From positions 116,507,516 through 116,544,084 of the forward strand of contig NC_068983.1 in assembly GCF_001194135.2 (NCBI RefSeq): a stretch of DNA of 36,569 bases, given 5' to 3'. Made by a program: the position numbers and the translations under genes. The notes under the pieces are model-generated. The model saw only the letters and a program-made list of their open reading frames with translations. It was not told the origin of the DNA and did no database searches. Position 1 is the first letter of the stretch. The number at the start of each line of letters is the position of its first letter. This DNA is from Octopus bimaculoides. Its lineage: Eukaryota. Below, in pieces: positions 1 to 11,499 of this stretch.

Positions 1-37
<37 letters not shown>

Positions 38-56
38 ACACACACTCTCACACACG
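1..56. repeat. (CA)n microsatellite, the internal microsatellite of the SINE copy at 1-218
   Basis: Near-perfect CA run joined directly to the SINE segment GACGGGCTTCTTTCAG, as in the copies at 24.6, 26.2 and 36.1 kb. Confidence 0.95.
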
Positions 57-218
57 ACGGGCTTCTTTCAGTTTCTGTCAGCCAAATCCACTCACAAGGT
101 TTTGGTTGACCCGAGGCTATAGTAGAAGACACTTGCCCAAGATGCCAAGCAGTGGGACTGAACCCGGTACCATGTGACTGGTAAGTGAGCTATTTACTGC
201 ACAGCTACTCCTGCGCCT
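57..218 (-). mobile_element. tRNA-derived SINE family A (CORE-like), 5' half
   Basis: Minus strand reads AGGCGCAGGAGTAGCTGTGCAGTAA...GGGTTCAGTCCC (A/B-box-like), then CTTGGGCAAGTGTCTT (CORE-like). Closely matches 26420-26583. Confidence 0.9.
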
Positions 219-759
219 ATATAGCCACTCCTATATATACACATCAACAAGTATATAGATGCATATACGTCCATATATACAAGTATACAATTTAATACAT
301 GCACTCACAAGTACAGATACTCATACATATATGCGTACACGTGAGGGCAGATACGCACATATGTTCGTTCGCGCGTTAATCGCTATATGAGTGCACATTA
401 ATACTAATAGAACGACAAACGCTTACGTACATATTTCTAATAACACGCTAACGTACATATTTGTAATAAGACACATACATAGTCGTCTGCTCCCACTGTA
501 TGATATACACATACATCAAGGAGAAGCAGCTGTATATTTGACTAAAGTTCTGTCAACAAATGTTAACATCTTTTAAATTATGTATTTTTTTATCCTTATT
601 AAGTTGTCTGATGATGGTGGGCTAGCATAGAAGGGCATGGGTTAAATGCTTTGCTATATTTAGTTTCATGCCACGAGCATCACATTTACCTCTCAGATTG
701 ATTTTAAAAAACAACCATAATATACTAATATTAATTCAATCGACTATACTCTCTCTGCT

Positions 760-1990
760 ATAATTTTCCCATCTAATACCTGTTATAGAAACCAACCTTC
801 AATCTGTCTTGACTTGCGGCAGAAAATTATTCAGATAGATATTCGAAAGTACCACCTAAATTTTAATAATTTGTTTCATCAAAACTAGCTTGGTATAAAG
901 TGCTGGATGTAAGATGCTTTCTGATGTTGGGTTTTCCAGCATCAAAAAACCATTTTCTCCGGTTTTATCTTTCGAATCCAGTGATTTCTTATAGAATGAG
1001 TGTAAGCACAGCAATGAAATATACTGCAACTACTTTGTTGGTTAGGCACTACGCAAATTATTTTCAAATCCCAACCTATCAGTGTGGTGTCCCAGCAAAT
1101 CCCAACCTCAAGGCAGTGTCCCAGCATGGCTGCAGTCTAATGAGTGAAGCAAGTTAAAATAAAAGTACCATCCAATTGTGTTCAAAGTACTTTTCACAAT
1201 ATTCATGGTCTTGTGCCTTTATTTTAGATGCACCGAGTTGCCAATCGGTACACGATCAGGTACATTACCATTACGCAACAAGTCACACTTTTACCTGGCC
1301 TTTGAGCTGTCAATGAAGGTCTCTATTTGTCTGAATTATGTTGACATCTCGCTGCATTTAACAAACCATTTGCAGAATGATGTTGAAAAATGTCATTGCA
1401 ACTGATTTTTTTCTTTATATCGATACAAAATAGATGCTTTTCTTAAGGGTTTTTGGTTATTTTGACTCAAACTATTCACCAATGATTTTGCTGAGGTGTT
1501 CAGAAGATCTAAATTGCGCACAAAGTAATTTCAAACTGTATGAACGGCGTAGGTACTCTTGTAGATTGAAGAATCAATCTCAGTACTTACAACCGATGTG
1601 CTACACTAAGGTGCATTGATGATATCCAACTTATTAAATACAAAAATAGGCATTTCAGCACAATGAGGCATAGTTCTTATGACTGAGGGCAAGTTTGGTT
1701 TATCTATTACGATTTGATCATGATGTTATGTCCAGACATATGAACTATGTAAAATAGCCGTCTTTAAGAACGTCGCCGACTCTTTTCAGACAATTGTAAT
1801 ACCCAAGTCCATTCCCCTTTTTGTTTTTTTACTTTGTTTTAACTTTTTCTTTTATTAAGTTCAGCAGAAAGAGTGAAGAGTCATTGGTTTATTTCAATCG
1901 CTCAATAGCATTCCAAAATGACATAGCTACCTTCTCTACTTTGGAGAGTTGATATAGAAAAAACTTTTCCTACATCATACTTACACTGTA
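760..1990 (-). pseudogene. Degenerate Chapaev3/CMC-type DNA transposase
   Basis: Manual minus-strand translation across stops and frameshifts gives collinear motifs: HFGMLLSD*NKPMTLHSFC, KPNLPSVIRTMPHCAEMPIF, NYFVRNLDLLNTSAKSL, TFIDSSKAR*KCDLLRNGNVPDRVPIGNSVHLK, DLKIICVVPNQQSS...NHWIRK, HPALYTKLVLMKQIIK, RLKVGF. These match the family pattern LFIDSSKRSLKCVLLHNGN / DLK...GQQ / PPLHIKLGLMKQ / KLKAGIF. The superfamily name is from recall. Confidence 0.75.
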
Positions 1991-2039
1991 CGCGTTAAAG
2001 TAGTGTAGATATCTGTCTTTATTATTAGTTTGTTATATG

Positions 2040-2235
2040 ACTTTGGATAAGTAGAATGGTTAGAAATCAGAAGTGGTTAGAAATCAGAAAAATACCTTGA
2101 AATATTTGTTCCGGTTCCATAGGTTCTGAGTTCAAATTCCATCGAGGTCAGCTTTGAATTTCCTTCTTGGAGGTTGATAAAATATAATACAGTCAACTTC
2201 TGGGGTTGTTGTAATCGACTAACTTTCACCCTGTA
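2040..2235 (+). mobile_element. tRNA-derived SINE family B, degenerate copy
   Basis: GTTCTGAGTTCAAATTCC B-box followed by GAGGTCAGCTTTG...GTTGATAAAAT..TAC. Homologous to 3329, 10590 and 23010. Carries a 16-bp local duplication of TGGTTAGAAATCAGAA. Confidence 0.75.
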
Positions 2236-3328
2236 CTTTACTTACAAACCGCTACTTTACAGTGTTCTATGATTCTTGCACTGCAATATAACAACATGTT
2301 GAGACATATTCTTCTTTATAAAGTCTTGTTGGTACTATTTTAAATGAATAAAATGGTTTCAAACGAAAGATTAATTAGTAATTACTACTGCTGCAAGTCA
2401 AGAGTAATTGAAGGTTGGTGTCTTTAATGGGTGTAAGATGGAAAAATCGTTATCTATTAATGTATTTAAATCTGGTGAGTAAATGTTTTGATATCATTGG
2501 ATTTCTTAAAGAGCCAAAAGTGGGTAACTTTGCATTTTTGGTCTATGGTGCTCAGCAGCTAAATATAATGTATTTGAAGAAAGATAAAGTTGTATTTAGA
2601 AGTAGCTCTCCTAAGTTATCCAAAACTGTCATCACCTTCGAAAATATAAATTTGCTAAAGACCAATATAATATATCCGTATATAGTGTACCATTATGCTC
2701 GTGGCATAGCCGACATACCGGTGAACAGAGGTGTGAAAAGTTATTGTGCCACCATTGCTTGACTGAACGCATTTTCTAGTAATTTTAATGAAATTAGTCA
2801 TTGATATAATTTGAAATAATTTCTTCACGGCAGAGTACTCTATGAAGATTATCGATGTAATTATTGTTTCTCAGATTTGAAGGGTTGTTTAGCACTCAGC
2901 AGGAAGCACAAAGGATATCTCACAAAGCATATATAATTTATTTCTGGCATTTTGCCATCATATTTAAAATAAAGTATCAACATTTATCTCGAAAGAAATT
3001 CATAGAGCAAACCAAATGCTGTCAATTTCTTTTTTAATGTGTGTTTTCTTCTACCATTCAAGAACTGATCAGAAGCTGTAATTTATTCTGCACACAAACA
3101 TCTTCGAAAGTATTTGAATATGAAACAGTAATGTATAACCAATACATTGTGTGTCTAGTTGAATGTTCACCATAGTTTAGTTGAGTGCAATGTTTTCTTA
3201 TTTTCTAATGAAAACTACTTAAGAATTATCAAAAGAGCTTTATGATAACATGCTCACGCATACATAATACATGCAACATATTTTAATTGATTTACCGCGA
3301 ACAATCCATTTGATATTTCTAATTTGGC

Positions 3329-3496
3329 TAAGGCAACGACGCGCTTGCAGAATCATTAGCACTGCGGGTAAAGCTCAACTTTGCCTTTCATCCTTTAGGG
3401 GTCGATAAAATAAGTACCAGTTGAATACTGGGGCTGATGTGATCGATTTACTCTTCCCCCGAAATTGATAGCCTTGTGCCAAAATTTGAAGTCAAT
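3329..3496 (+). mobile_element. tRNA-derived SINE family B (Meta-domain-like centre), internally deleted
   Basis: GCAGAATCATTAGCAC head, then CTTTGCCTTTCATCCTTTAGGGGTCGATAAAATAAGTACCAG, then CCTTGTGCCAAAATTTGAA tail. The B-box region is missing relative to 10590 and 23010. Confidence 0.85.
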
Positions 3497-4499
3497 CTTT
3501 CTAGTTTCACTGCAATTGTAGCTTAACACAATTTATAAATTGTTCATATCCCATATTTCGGGCCTCCGAAATATCAGGAGCGCTCTTACCACGTGTAGTG
3601 GAACCCATACTCTGTAAGCTTGCATGAATAAGGCCTTCCCATATCTACTACTTAAAAAATTCTACTAAAAGAAATCTTTAAAAAATACTCTATTTTCTCC
3701 ACTTTAGTGACACCAGATATACAATCCAGTTGCCCAAGCAGCTAGGGAATAAAACGATCGGGCGGATTCAGAAAAATAACAATGAAAAAATAACATAAAT
3801 GAAAGCCTTCTGAAAAAAAAATTCAATACTTTTATGTATCTATCTATAAAGATAAATGACAGATGGAATTTTTGACTCTAGACGGTCCATCAATTTCAAG
3901 ATTTTGTGCTTGCGATACCCCCCCCCCTCACACTCACACATGCACAAACACCAACCAATATATATTGTCTCTCCCTAAACTTCTGTTCATTTGGTAGTCA
4001 TTTGGTGGACTGGTCATATTTGCAGAAAAGAGATTAATGACTTTCTAAATTTTAATTTTTTTTTTACTGTTTAATAAAATTATCTCTTTCGCGTAACATC
4101 ACTCTACAGATAGAAACAGTTTTTTTTTCTTTCAACTTTGGAATATGACTTGTTCAAATTTTTGTTTTCCATTAAATCTAATCTTTTCTTTTTTTCTATA
4201 TTGTTCATCATCGTCAGCCTAACAATTTGTTGTCATTCTTATTTTCGTGTTACGCACTAAAAAAAAAAAACCCACTGATGATAGTGATTTACTACCCGTC
4301 ACTGTTTCCAGTGCTATTCTTCAACTTTATTTTTCAATTTGTCTGTGGCCACCAATTTTCAGCTATTACTATTGAATATTAGTTGTTATTTTAGCAGACG
4401 TCTGCTATTATAAGTTCATGTTTGTAAATAGGTGAATTTAAAAAAAAAAAAACCCCAGAAAATTCCGAAACATAAAAATAATTCGAAGATGTCACTAAG

Positions 4500-6420
4500 A
4501 ACAACACATCTTCATTGCAATATAAAATAATACACTCTTCTCTCACAAAATGTTCTGAACCGTTACATCTGCTGATGTCATTTTTATTAACGAAAGTAAA
4601 AGTAGAATTGGAAGCTCAAATATCGTTACATGTTTGTTTGAAGTTTAGAGGGATCCATAAAATACCCGATTCCTTTTCAAATCCGTCATTTTTCTTAGGT
4701 GTTTATCACAATTTTCATTTCCAGGGTCCCATGAAAGTGAAACATTATTTTGAAGTAAAGTAATTTAATGGAAACGAAATCCTTAATCTGTAATCTTCGA
4801 TTGACTGTTAATCGCTTGAACTCTTTCCTGTTAACATTTGATTTACTTTGGTTCCAGCTCTGCTTATCTTCCCCAGATAGAACAGTAACAGAAGCATGTC
4901 TGGCTTTATATACCTGGAATGAGATAAAACGAATTGAGTTCACATGGCTGTGGTTTGAAAGCATTTAACAATGCCGGAAGTGGTAAGCAGTCATATTTAT
5001 CACTACCATCTATAAAGAAAATTCTGTTGAATGAAAAATGCATGAATAATATTATAGCAGAACTTAAATCTGCCAAGTACGCGTCAAATTTTGTAGATTT
5101 AACATCCGACTGCGCTCATGATCAGCTAACAGTTATTGCGCGTTTTACTGTACCTAGAAGCCGAGAGAAAGGCTTTTAACTTTCCTGCAAAGTGATTCCC
5201 ATAAGCGGGAACACTAGCCACATCGGAATTAGAATTTCTTAAAAATAATAAGATTTAAACTTTGAAGACTGCAAAAAGTCCTATGAAAGCGGCAGTAATT
5301 TATCAGATCTGCAGGCCAGACTACAAGAAAAGAACGTGACTGTAATTTTCGTTACTTGTGCTCGTCATTTGCTGAACCTTGTTAGACAAGTTGCTTCTTG
5401 CTGCGTTGAAGCTGTTAGCTATTTTGTCTTCATACAAAAGATATACACTTTTTTTCGCATTGACTCAGAGATGTCAGAAAGTCGTTGGTCAGCAAGAGCA
5501 TATGCTACTGAAACCCTCGTTGACGGATATAACGGCATTGAAAATGCATTCAGAGATGTTGAAGGTGATCTAAAATAAGCATCTGAAGTAAGATATGAAA
5601 CTCAACCATTGGTTGACAAAATGAACTGCTTTGAAACTGATATAATGACTGGAATTTAATTCTTGAACGCTTAAACAGTAAAAATAAAGCTTTTCAAGGA
5701 GTTGTAGATGATCTGAATAAAGTGGAAAGCTTTCTGAAATAAAATGAAGATAAGTACGAAAAGTTGGAACTGGATGCCAGGAACATGTGTGGAAGCACAG
5801 ATAATAAAACAACGACAAATAGACCAAGGAAGAGAATCAAACACGATGAAAATTTAGCATTAACCTTGGAGGAAGTTGTATTTTCTGCAAGAGAGAAATT
5901 TAGATGCGGGAATTTCCAATGTCATCCTAGATCTGTTGTTTTTCACCTTACAAATACACATGATAGCCTATCAATCAGTGCATGATATGTTCAAAGTTAT
6001 AGTGGACCTATATAGTTTACTGGATGCAGAGATAAGAACAGAAACTGAGAAACACTTTCACCTGTGATTTTAGTAATATGTACATCGAAGTAATTGTGCA
6101 GTATGCAGACTTCTGTAAGTTCGGGTCTTGTTTTATTCTATTTCAACAGGCACTTTTAATCCATAATGAGAGGTTGCTGAAACCTTTCCAACTGTTGATG
6201 TAGCTCTTAGAATATATTTGCGCTTGATAGTCAATAGTTGTTCAGAAGAGAGGCATTTACAAAAATGGGACTGAGAATAAATTATTTGAGAACCACAACG
6301 ACATATGACAGACTGAGTACTCCGTAACTTTACGATGCAGGAAACAGTGTTCTAAAGACAATACAGTTCGAAGGAATTATTAATGATTTTTCAGAAACTG
6401 TAAAAAGGAAAACTTTTTGT
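4500..6420 (+). pseudogene. Degenerate hAT-superfamily transposase (ZMYM1-like type)
   Basis: Collinear motifs: SYLS...KSAKYASNFVDLTSDCAHDQLTVIARF (first catalytic D region), FVTCARHLLNLV (CxxH), SESRWSARA (RW), and C-terminal dimerisation-like FPTVDVALRIYL...SCSEERH...NYLRTT..DRLS. Many stops and frameshifts. Confidence 0.88.
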
Positions 6421-6827
6421 ATGTACTGTGGTAGTATATTGTATTTAGTTGGTAAAGCTTGCTGTACTTAGTTTTGATGATTAATTTTGCATTGGCGGAT
6501 GGATATGAAATTTCTAATCAATTTGCATTAGATGCAATCAGAGGATTTTGCTGTGTAAATTTGAATTTTCATGGATTTTAAGATCTGTGTATATGGGTAT
6601 CAGCGAACTTGAAGTGCTCTGAGATCACCAAGCTTTAAATCAGGTGCTGCATCACCCACGATTTTTTAGATTTTAGCTGTCCAATATAACTTTATGTTTG
6701 CAGTTATTAATATGGTACATATTTTGAATTAACTGTTAAGATAAGTCAATAAGATTAGACACTTATGAGTTAACTTTCAATGTCTCAAATTCTACAACGC
6801 ATTGTGTACACCCCACAACACACATGG

Positions 6828-6870
6828 CGATACACACACACGTGTGTGTGTGTGTGTGTGTGTGTGTATA
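6828..6870. repeat. (CA)n-CG-(TG)n self-complementary microsatellite
   Basis: ATACACACACACGTGTGTGTG...TGTATA read directly. Confidence 0.9.
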
Positions 6871-7431
6871 CATATAAATTCAAGAGATTATGCAATACTT
6901 TATTCTGTCTCCAAGGTAGCTTCAAATGCATTACATGACTCAAAATACTATTTTCGTATATTTAGGTTATATGATAATTGAATTTCAATAGAACATCTTA
7001 AAACAGAAATGTTACTAAAATTAAGTATACAAATATATTATAACCTACGTGTTAGACTATAAGAATGAAACCAGCAGGGATGTGATTATTATATAAGGTT
7101 GGTTAGAATAACTCTGTATTTGACATTCCATATTCAGTTTCAGAAATTCCGTTTTGATCGACTGTATTTTTAGAAAGAAATGGTGTATTACTTTACATTA
7201 TTATTTATGTGGTTGAATAGAGAAATCGAATTTATTGTATACAGATGTTAATATGTTCTCAGTAGTACTTTTATTCTGTTATTTTGATATGATAATAATG
7301 ACGACATTCATGGTAGACATGATTATATATGAAAATTTGAATATTTTATGCGTGATTCCTCACAATCTCTCATACCAACAATTGTAATACGCGTAATAGT
7401 AATGAAGACTATAGGGATATCTGTAGTAAGA

Positions 7432-7492
7432 AAAATAACAACAACAACAACAGCAACAATTTTAGTAGTAGTAGAAAAAGAAGTAGTAGTGT
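7432..7492. repeat. (AAC)n and (TAG)n trinucleotide repeats
   Basis: ACAACAACAACAACAGCAAC followed by TAGTAGTAGTAG. Confidence 0.8.
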
Positions 7493-7629
7493 AACAGCAT
7501 TGATATCAATCTAAATAAGACTTGTGTCAGTTTATAATTTAGGTAACTCAAGTAAAATCTAAGCCAGCAAACTATCTGTACTATATCTGTAAATACATCC
7601 GGTTGTATTCTACATTTATGTATAAGTAT

Positions 7630-7710
7630 GAGTATACATACATGCATGCATACATACATACATACATACACGCACAGACATAGATTTACATACACAGACA
7701 CAACCTCTAC
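7630..7710. repeat. (CATA)n/(CA)n microsatellite next to a gap
   Basis: CATACATACATACATAC run ending at the N-gap at 7711. Confidence 0.85.
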
Positions 7711-9097
7711 NNNNNNNNNNNNNNNNCATAAATATGTCCGCGGACAAAGACAAAAAGTGGCAATCATCAAATTTACTCGAAGCTACTTTATAATGTAATA
7801 ACCGTTGATTCAGCTTATCAGATATCTAGTAAAGATATACGGCATTTGAGATATTTAAGATGACTTCTACGTTGACGCTTTGTCTCTGTTGGTCAGCTCG
7901 GGTCACGTGGCGTTATTGGTGCCGCAATATTAGTTCTTTATTCTTAGGCAACCCAGGCTGACCATTCATCCACAATTTTTTACCTAGCACCATGACATCT
8001 AGTTATTCCCACGTACTAAGATCTGTTGCTAAAGTGCTAACAATACTCCAATGAATGACCACCGAACTACCAAATGAGGGTTCTAATGCAAAACCACATT
8101 ATATACTGCGATATACAGCACTGCAATAGACATGGTATTCAAATACACCAGCGTGTTATCAATCTTTTTATCAACAAAAGTTCATTTAATTGAAAATATT
8201 TCTCTTTAGAAATGGTTATCAAACTCTCAATGCAGATTTGTTGGTTACCTACTTTCCTACATTCAGTGAGTGATGTGTTCTATTTGTTGTATTTTTGATA
8301 CTGAACAGAAGTCTTGATGGAATCTACAAATTGACTGTCACAGAAAATATTGATTATTGTTTATTCCTAACACAGTTGTTCAACATGGTTTTCATCCACA
8401 TAAAAATATTCATAAATTTCATTACATGCATTTGATAAGAGAGACAGTCAGTTCGTGTTGATGATTGTTCGTTTGAATGTAATTTCTTCATTATTTTCAC
8501 TTATTTGTACAGAACGGATTCCGTCCCTATATCACGTCAGAATATATCTTTTATGGTATCCAGCTGCTTTATGTATGCATTTGAATATCAATTACCAAAA
8601 CTTGCTGAAAATAAGGCATGAGTGATATTCATATTCAGTTACCGTAGGCTAAAGCATGTAGCGATTTGATCTCTATTGCAAAACATTTTGTGGGATTAGA
8701 AATATTGTAAAACTGAGCATAAAGAAACTATGTTGTAAATATTCTTTGATAATGTTGTGGTTAACCACTGTGCTTTAGATTTTTCTGTACGACACAATCA
8801 GAATTTTCATAATGTTTCGCCCGTATGAATAAAATTTGATAATAAAACAAATTTAGAAATAACTATGTAGCTATGGTTATTTAATGATTATATATATTCC
8901 TATATTCAGTGGTACCTAAAAAAGAATGGGCCATANNNNNNNNNNNNNNNNNNNNNNNNNNNNNNNNNNNNNNNNNNNNNNNNNNNNNNNNNNNNNNNNN
9001 NNNNNNNNNNNNNNNNNNNNNNNNNNNNNNNNNNNNNNNNNNNNNNNNNNNNNNNNNNNNNNNNNNNNNNNNNNNNNNNNNNNNNNNNNNNNNNNNN

Positions 9098-9136
<39 letters not shown>

Positions 9137-9704
9137 CATATATATATATTGAAGTTGAAATACTAGCTGAGAATCATTGATTGAAAATAGAAATTGTAGC
9201 CGAGTGTCTTTTGGGTGTAAATATTTATATTAATAATTTTCGTACTAAGTAGGCGTCATGATAACATCTTCAACTTAAATAAGAAAACGCAAGATATATT
9301 TATCGAATAACATAGACAAATGCAATAATGAGGCATAGGTTTTTAATATTAGACTCTATTATCTTGACAGCACAGAATTGTAATATGAGAAGTAAGCATA
9401 TTGTGTAAGAATTCAAGATGAAAATCAACTTCAACTTTTTAAGAGATTGACAATGAAAATATATTTTGTTATCGCCAAGTAGCTGACTTGTATACACGAA
9501 AACTTTAATAAATACCTAGGGAATAGACCAAATATGTACATACAACGCATAGTAATTTAGAAGAGGATATGAATTTAAAGATTGGACTTCCAGGATTTGA
9601 GATATACATTTCGTGAAAGAAGAATATAGATTATAGAGAAACTGGAGATTGGTAAAAATATATGAACAATAAAGGTGACTGTTAAATTGTCTAGCAGAAA
9701 AGTT

Positions 9705-9705
<1 letters not shown>

Positions 9706-9764
<59 letters not shown>

Positions 9765-9773
9765 GCGCGCACA
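9706..9773. repeat. (CA)n followed by (CG)n
   Basis: About 55 bp of CA, then ACGCGCGCGCACAC. Confidence 0.95.
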
Positions 9774-10402
9774 CGTATATCCTCGTCTTCATACTTTGTC
9801 AGCTACCAGCTCTTACTTCATTGCATATAAATGTAATATATCTCATAAGCCTCAAAATATGTTTAGCGATCATTATTTATATTCAGAAATAATGATGGTT
9901 GAAATTTAATCAATCAAAATACTGTCTAAAGAAATAGATATTCTAAAATTGAAGCTAGTAATTCAAAGAATTCTAACCTTATTCAATGTTATTAATTCTC
10001 TTAACATGTGTGGGTAGATTCTGATACAAAATATGCTGGATGCTGTTGCGTCTGTCTTAAAATAACTTCTCCCTTTTAGATAACTGCGAGTTCAACTCAT
10101 GGGATGAATGTACGGCACTCTGGGACATGTTTAGGTGTTTGTGGTTAAATGTTATTTTCTAGAAATTAATACTATTGTGTCTCTCAAGCTAGATGCAGCT
10201 GGAAATTTGAGACTAACCAAAGCAAATATTCATTCCTGATCTCGACGTAGCCGGTGCAAACAACGATTTTTATCGATTAGCAAATGTAAGCACCGAACAG
10301 TAAACAACTGCTGGCTTTGTTTATACTTTCATCAAACAATTCTGTTCGCTGAAAGCATAAACAAAGCTAGCAGATTTGGCTAGTCGCAAAGTTCAAGCTA
10401 AA

Positions 10403-10444
10403 TCTGGTTGATGAGACAATATGTCGAAACACTGGTGTCTCAAA
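10403..10444 (+). ncRNA. Degenerate minimal hammerhead-ribozyme-like motif
   Basis: TCTGG-TTGATGA-GACA(ATA)TGTC-GAAA-CACTGGTG-TC/TCAAA. The core has C3U. Stem II is 4 bp, stem III is near-palindromic, the triplet is GUC, and stem I is weak. Confidence 0.4.
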
Positions 10445-10589
10445 ATACCTTGCGCAGATGAGACGTGTGTGGAACTCACTGTTGACTAAAAGGGAGAAGT
10501 TATTCTCCTAAGACATACACTACAGTATCCAGTAGATTTTGCGTCTGAAACTGCTTAGACGTGCAATAAATAAATATGCAAATATAGTT

Positions 10590-10783
10590 AAAGCGACAAG
10601 CTGGCAGAATCGTTAGCACGCCGGGTAAAATGCTTAACGGCATTTGTCCGTCTTTATGTTTTGAGTTCACATTACTCCGAGGTCGACTTTATCTTTCATC
10701 CTCTACTGGTCGATGAAATAAGTAGCAGTCGATTTAATCCCTACTCCGAACTTACTGGACTTGTGCCAAAATTTGAAACCAAT
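10590..10783 (+). mobile_element. tRNA-derived SINE family B
   Basis: AGCTGGCAGAATCGTTAGCACGCCGGG head, GAGTTCACATT B-box remnant, TTTCATCCTCTACTGGTCGATGAAATAAGT centre, TTGTGCCAAAATTTGAAACCAAT tail. Confidence 0.88.
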
Positions 10784-10869
10784 TCAGGAAAGATTTTCTG
10801 AGAACAATTACTCTATCGTAAATTTTTCAATCTACAGTGTGTTTGCTTACATTATCCAGCTGACGGATC

Positions 10870-11470
10870 ATTTACATTCAGCATTTACCTACTAAAAAAA
10901 ATTTATCAACCTTTTGCTGTGCGATTGCAAAAGAAAGATAAGTTCTCTGATCCAGCCAACTATCGTCCTATTCTTCTCATTTCTAGCATCTCTAAATTAA
11001 TGGAAACAGCCATTAACAATGATGTTCTCCAACTTCTTGAATCTTTCTATATCATCCATGATCACGAATACGCCTTTTGTAAAACCAAATTCAGTGGACG
11101 CCACCTCTCTTATGTCACCCAGCAGTGAACTTTCACTTTAGAGAATATGGTTGAAAGTAATGTTTTTCTCCATGTCACTAGGATTTATCCCCTACTTTCT
11201 CAATATCCTTGCTATCATATCCAACAATGCCCACTACTGCGCAAATAGTACGGCCCTTCATTCTTAATCTTCCCCAACGATACACCATTCACATGCAACT
11301 TGAATGGCACACGTTAAAGCTCTACTAATCCTATGAAGGTTGACTTCGAGCTAATCCGCCAGTGAAGTCATGCCAAGCTTGTTTCTTTTAACGGCAAAAA
11401 TCTCCAAGTATTAATTTCTAGAAAATACCATTTCACCACAGACACCTAACATGAATAGCACTTAATTAGA
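10870..11470 (+). pseudogene. Degenerate non-LTR (CR1/L2-group) reverse transcriptase fragment
   Basis: ORF 10919-11128 reads KKDKFSDPANYRPILLISSISKLMETAINN...HDHEYAF (the RT domain 1-2 NYRPISL / QYGF pattern). Downstream remnants resemble YADDS (HYCANST) and LVSFN. Confidence 0.8.
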
Positions 11471-11499
11471 GCCGTCACAGCCACTTCAAAAGCTAGATC

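Noticed and set aside
2415-2762. 115-aa ORF
   Set aside because: TTG start, no recognisable domain, and a length expected by chance.
3560-3620. Left TIR of the hAT element
   Set aside because: It does not convincingly match the reverse complement of the 6630-6649 end, and there is no 8-bp TSD.
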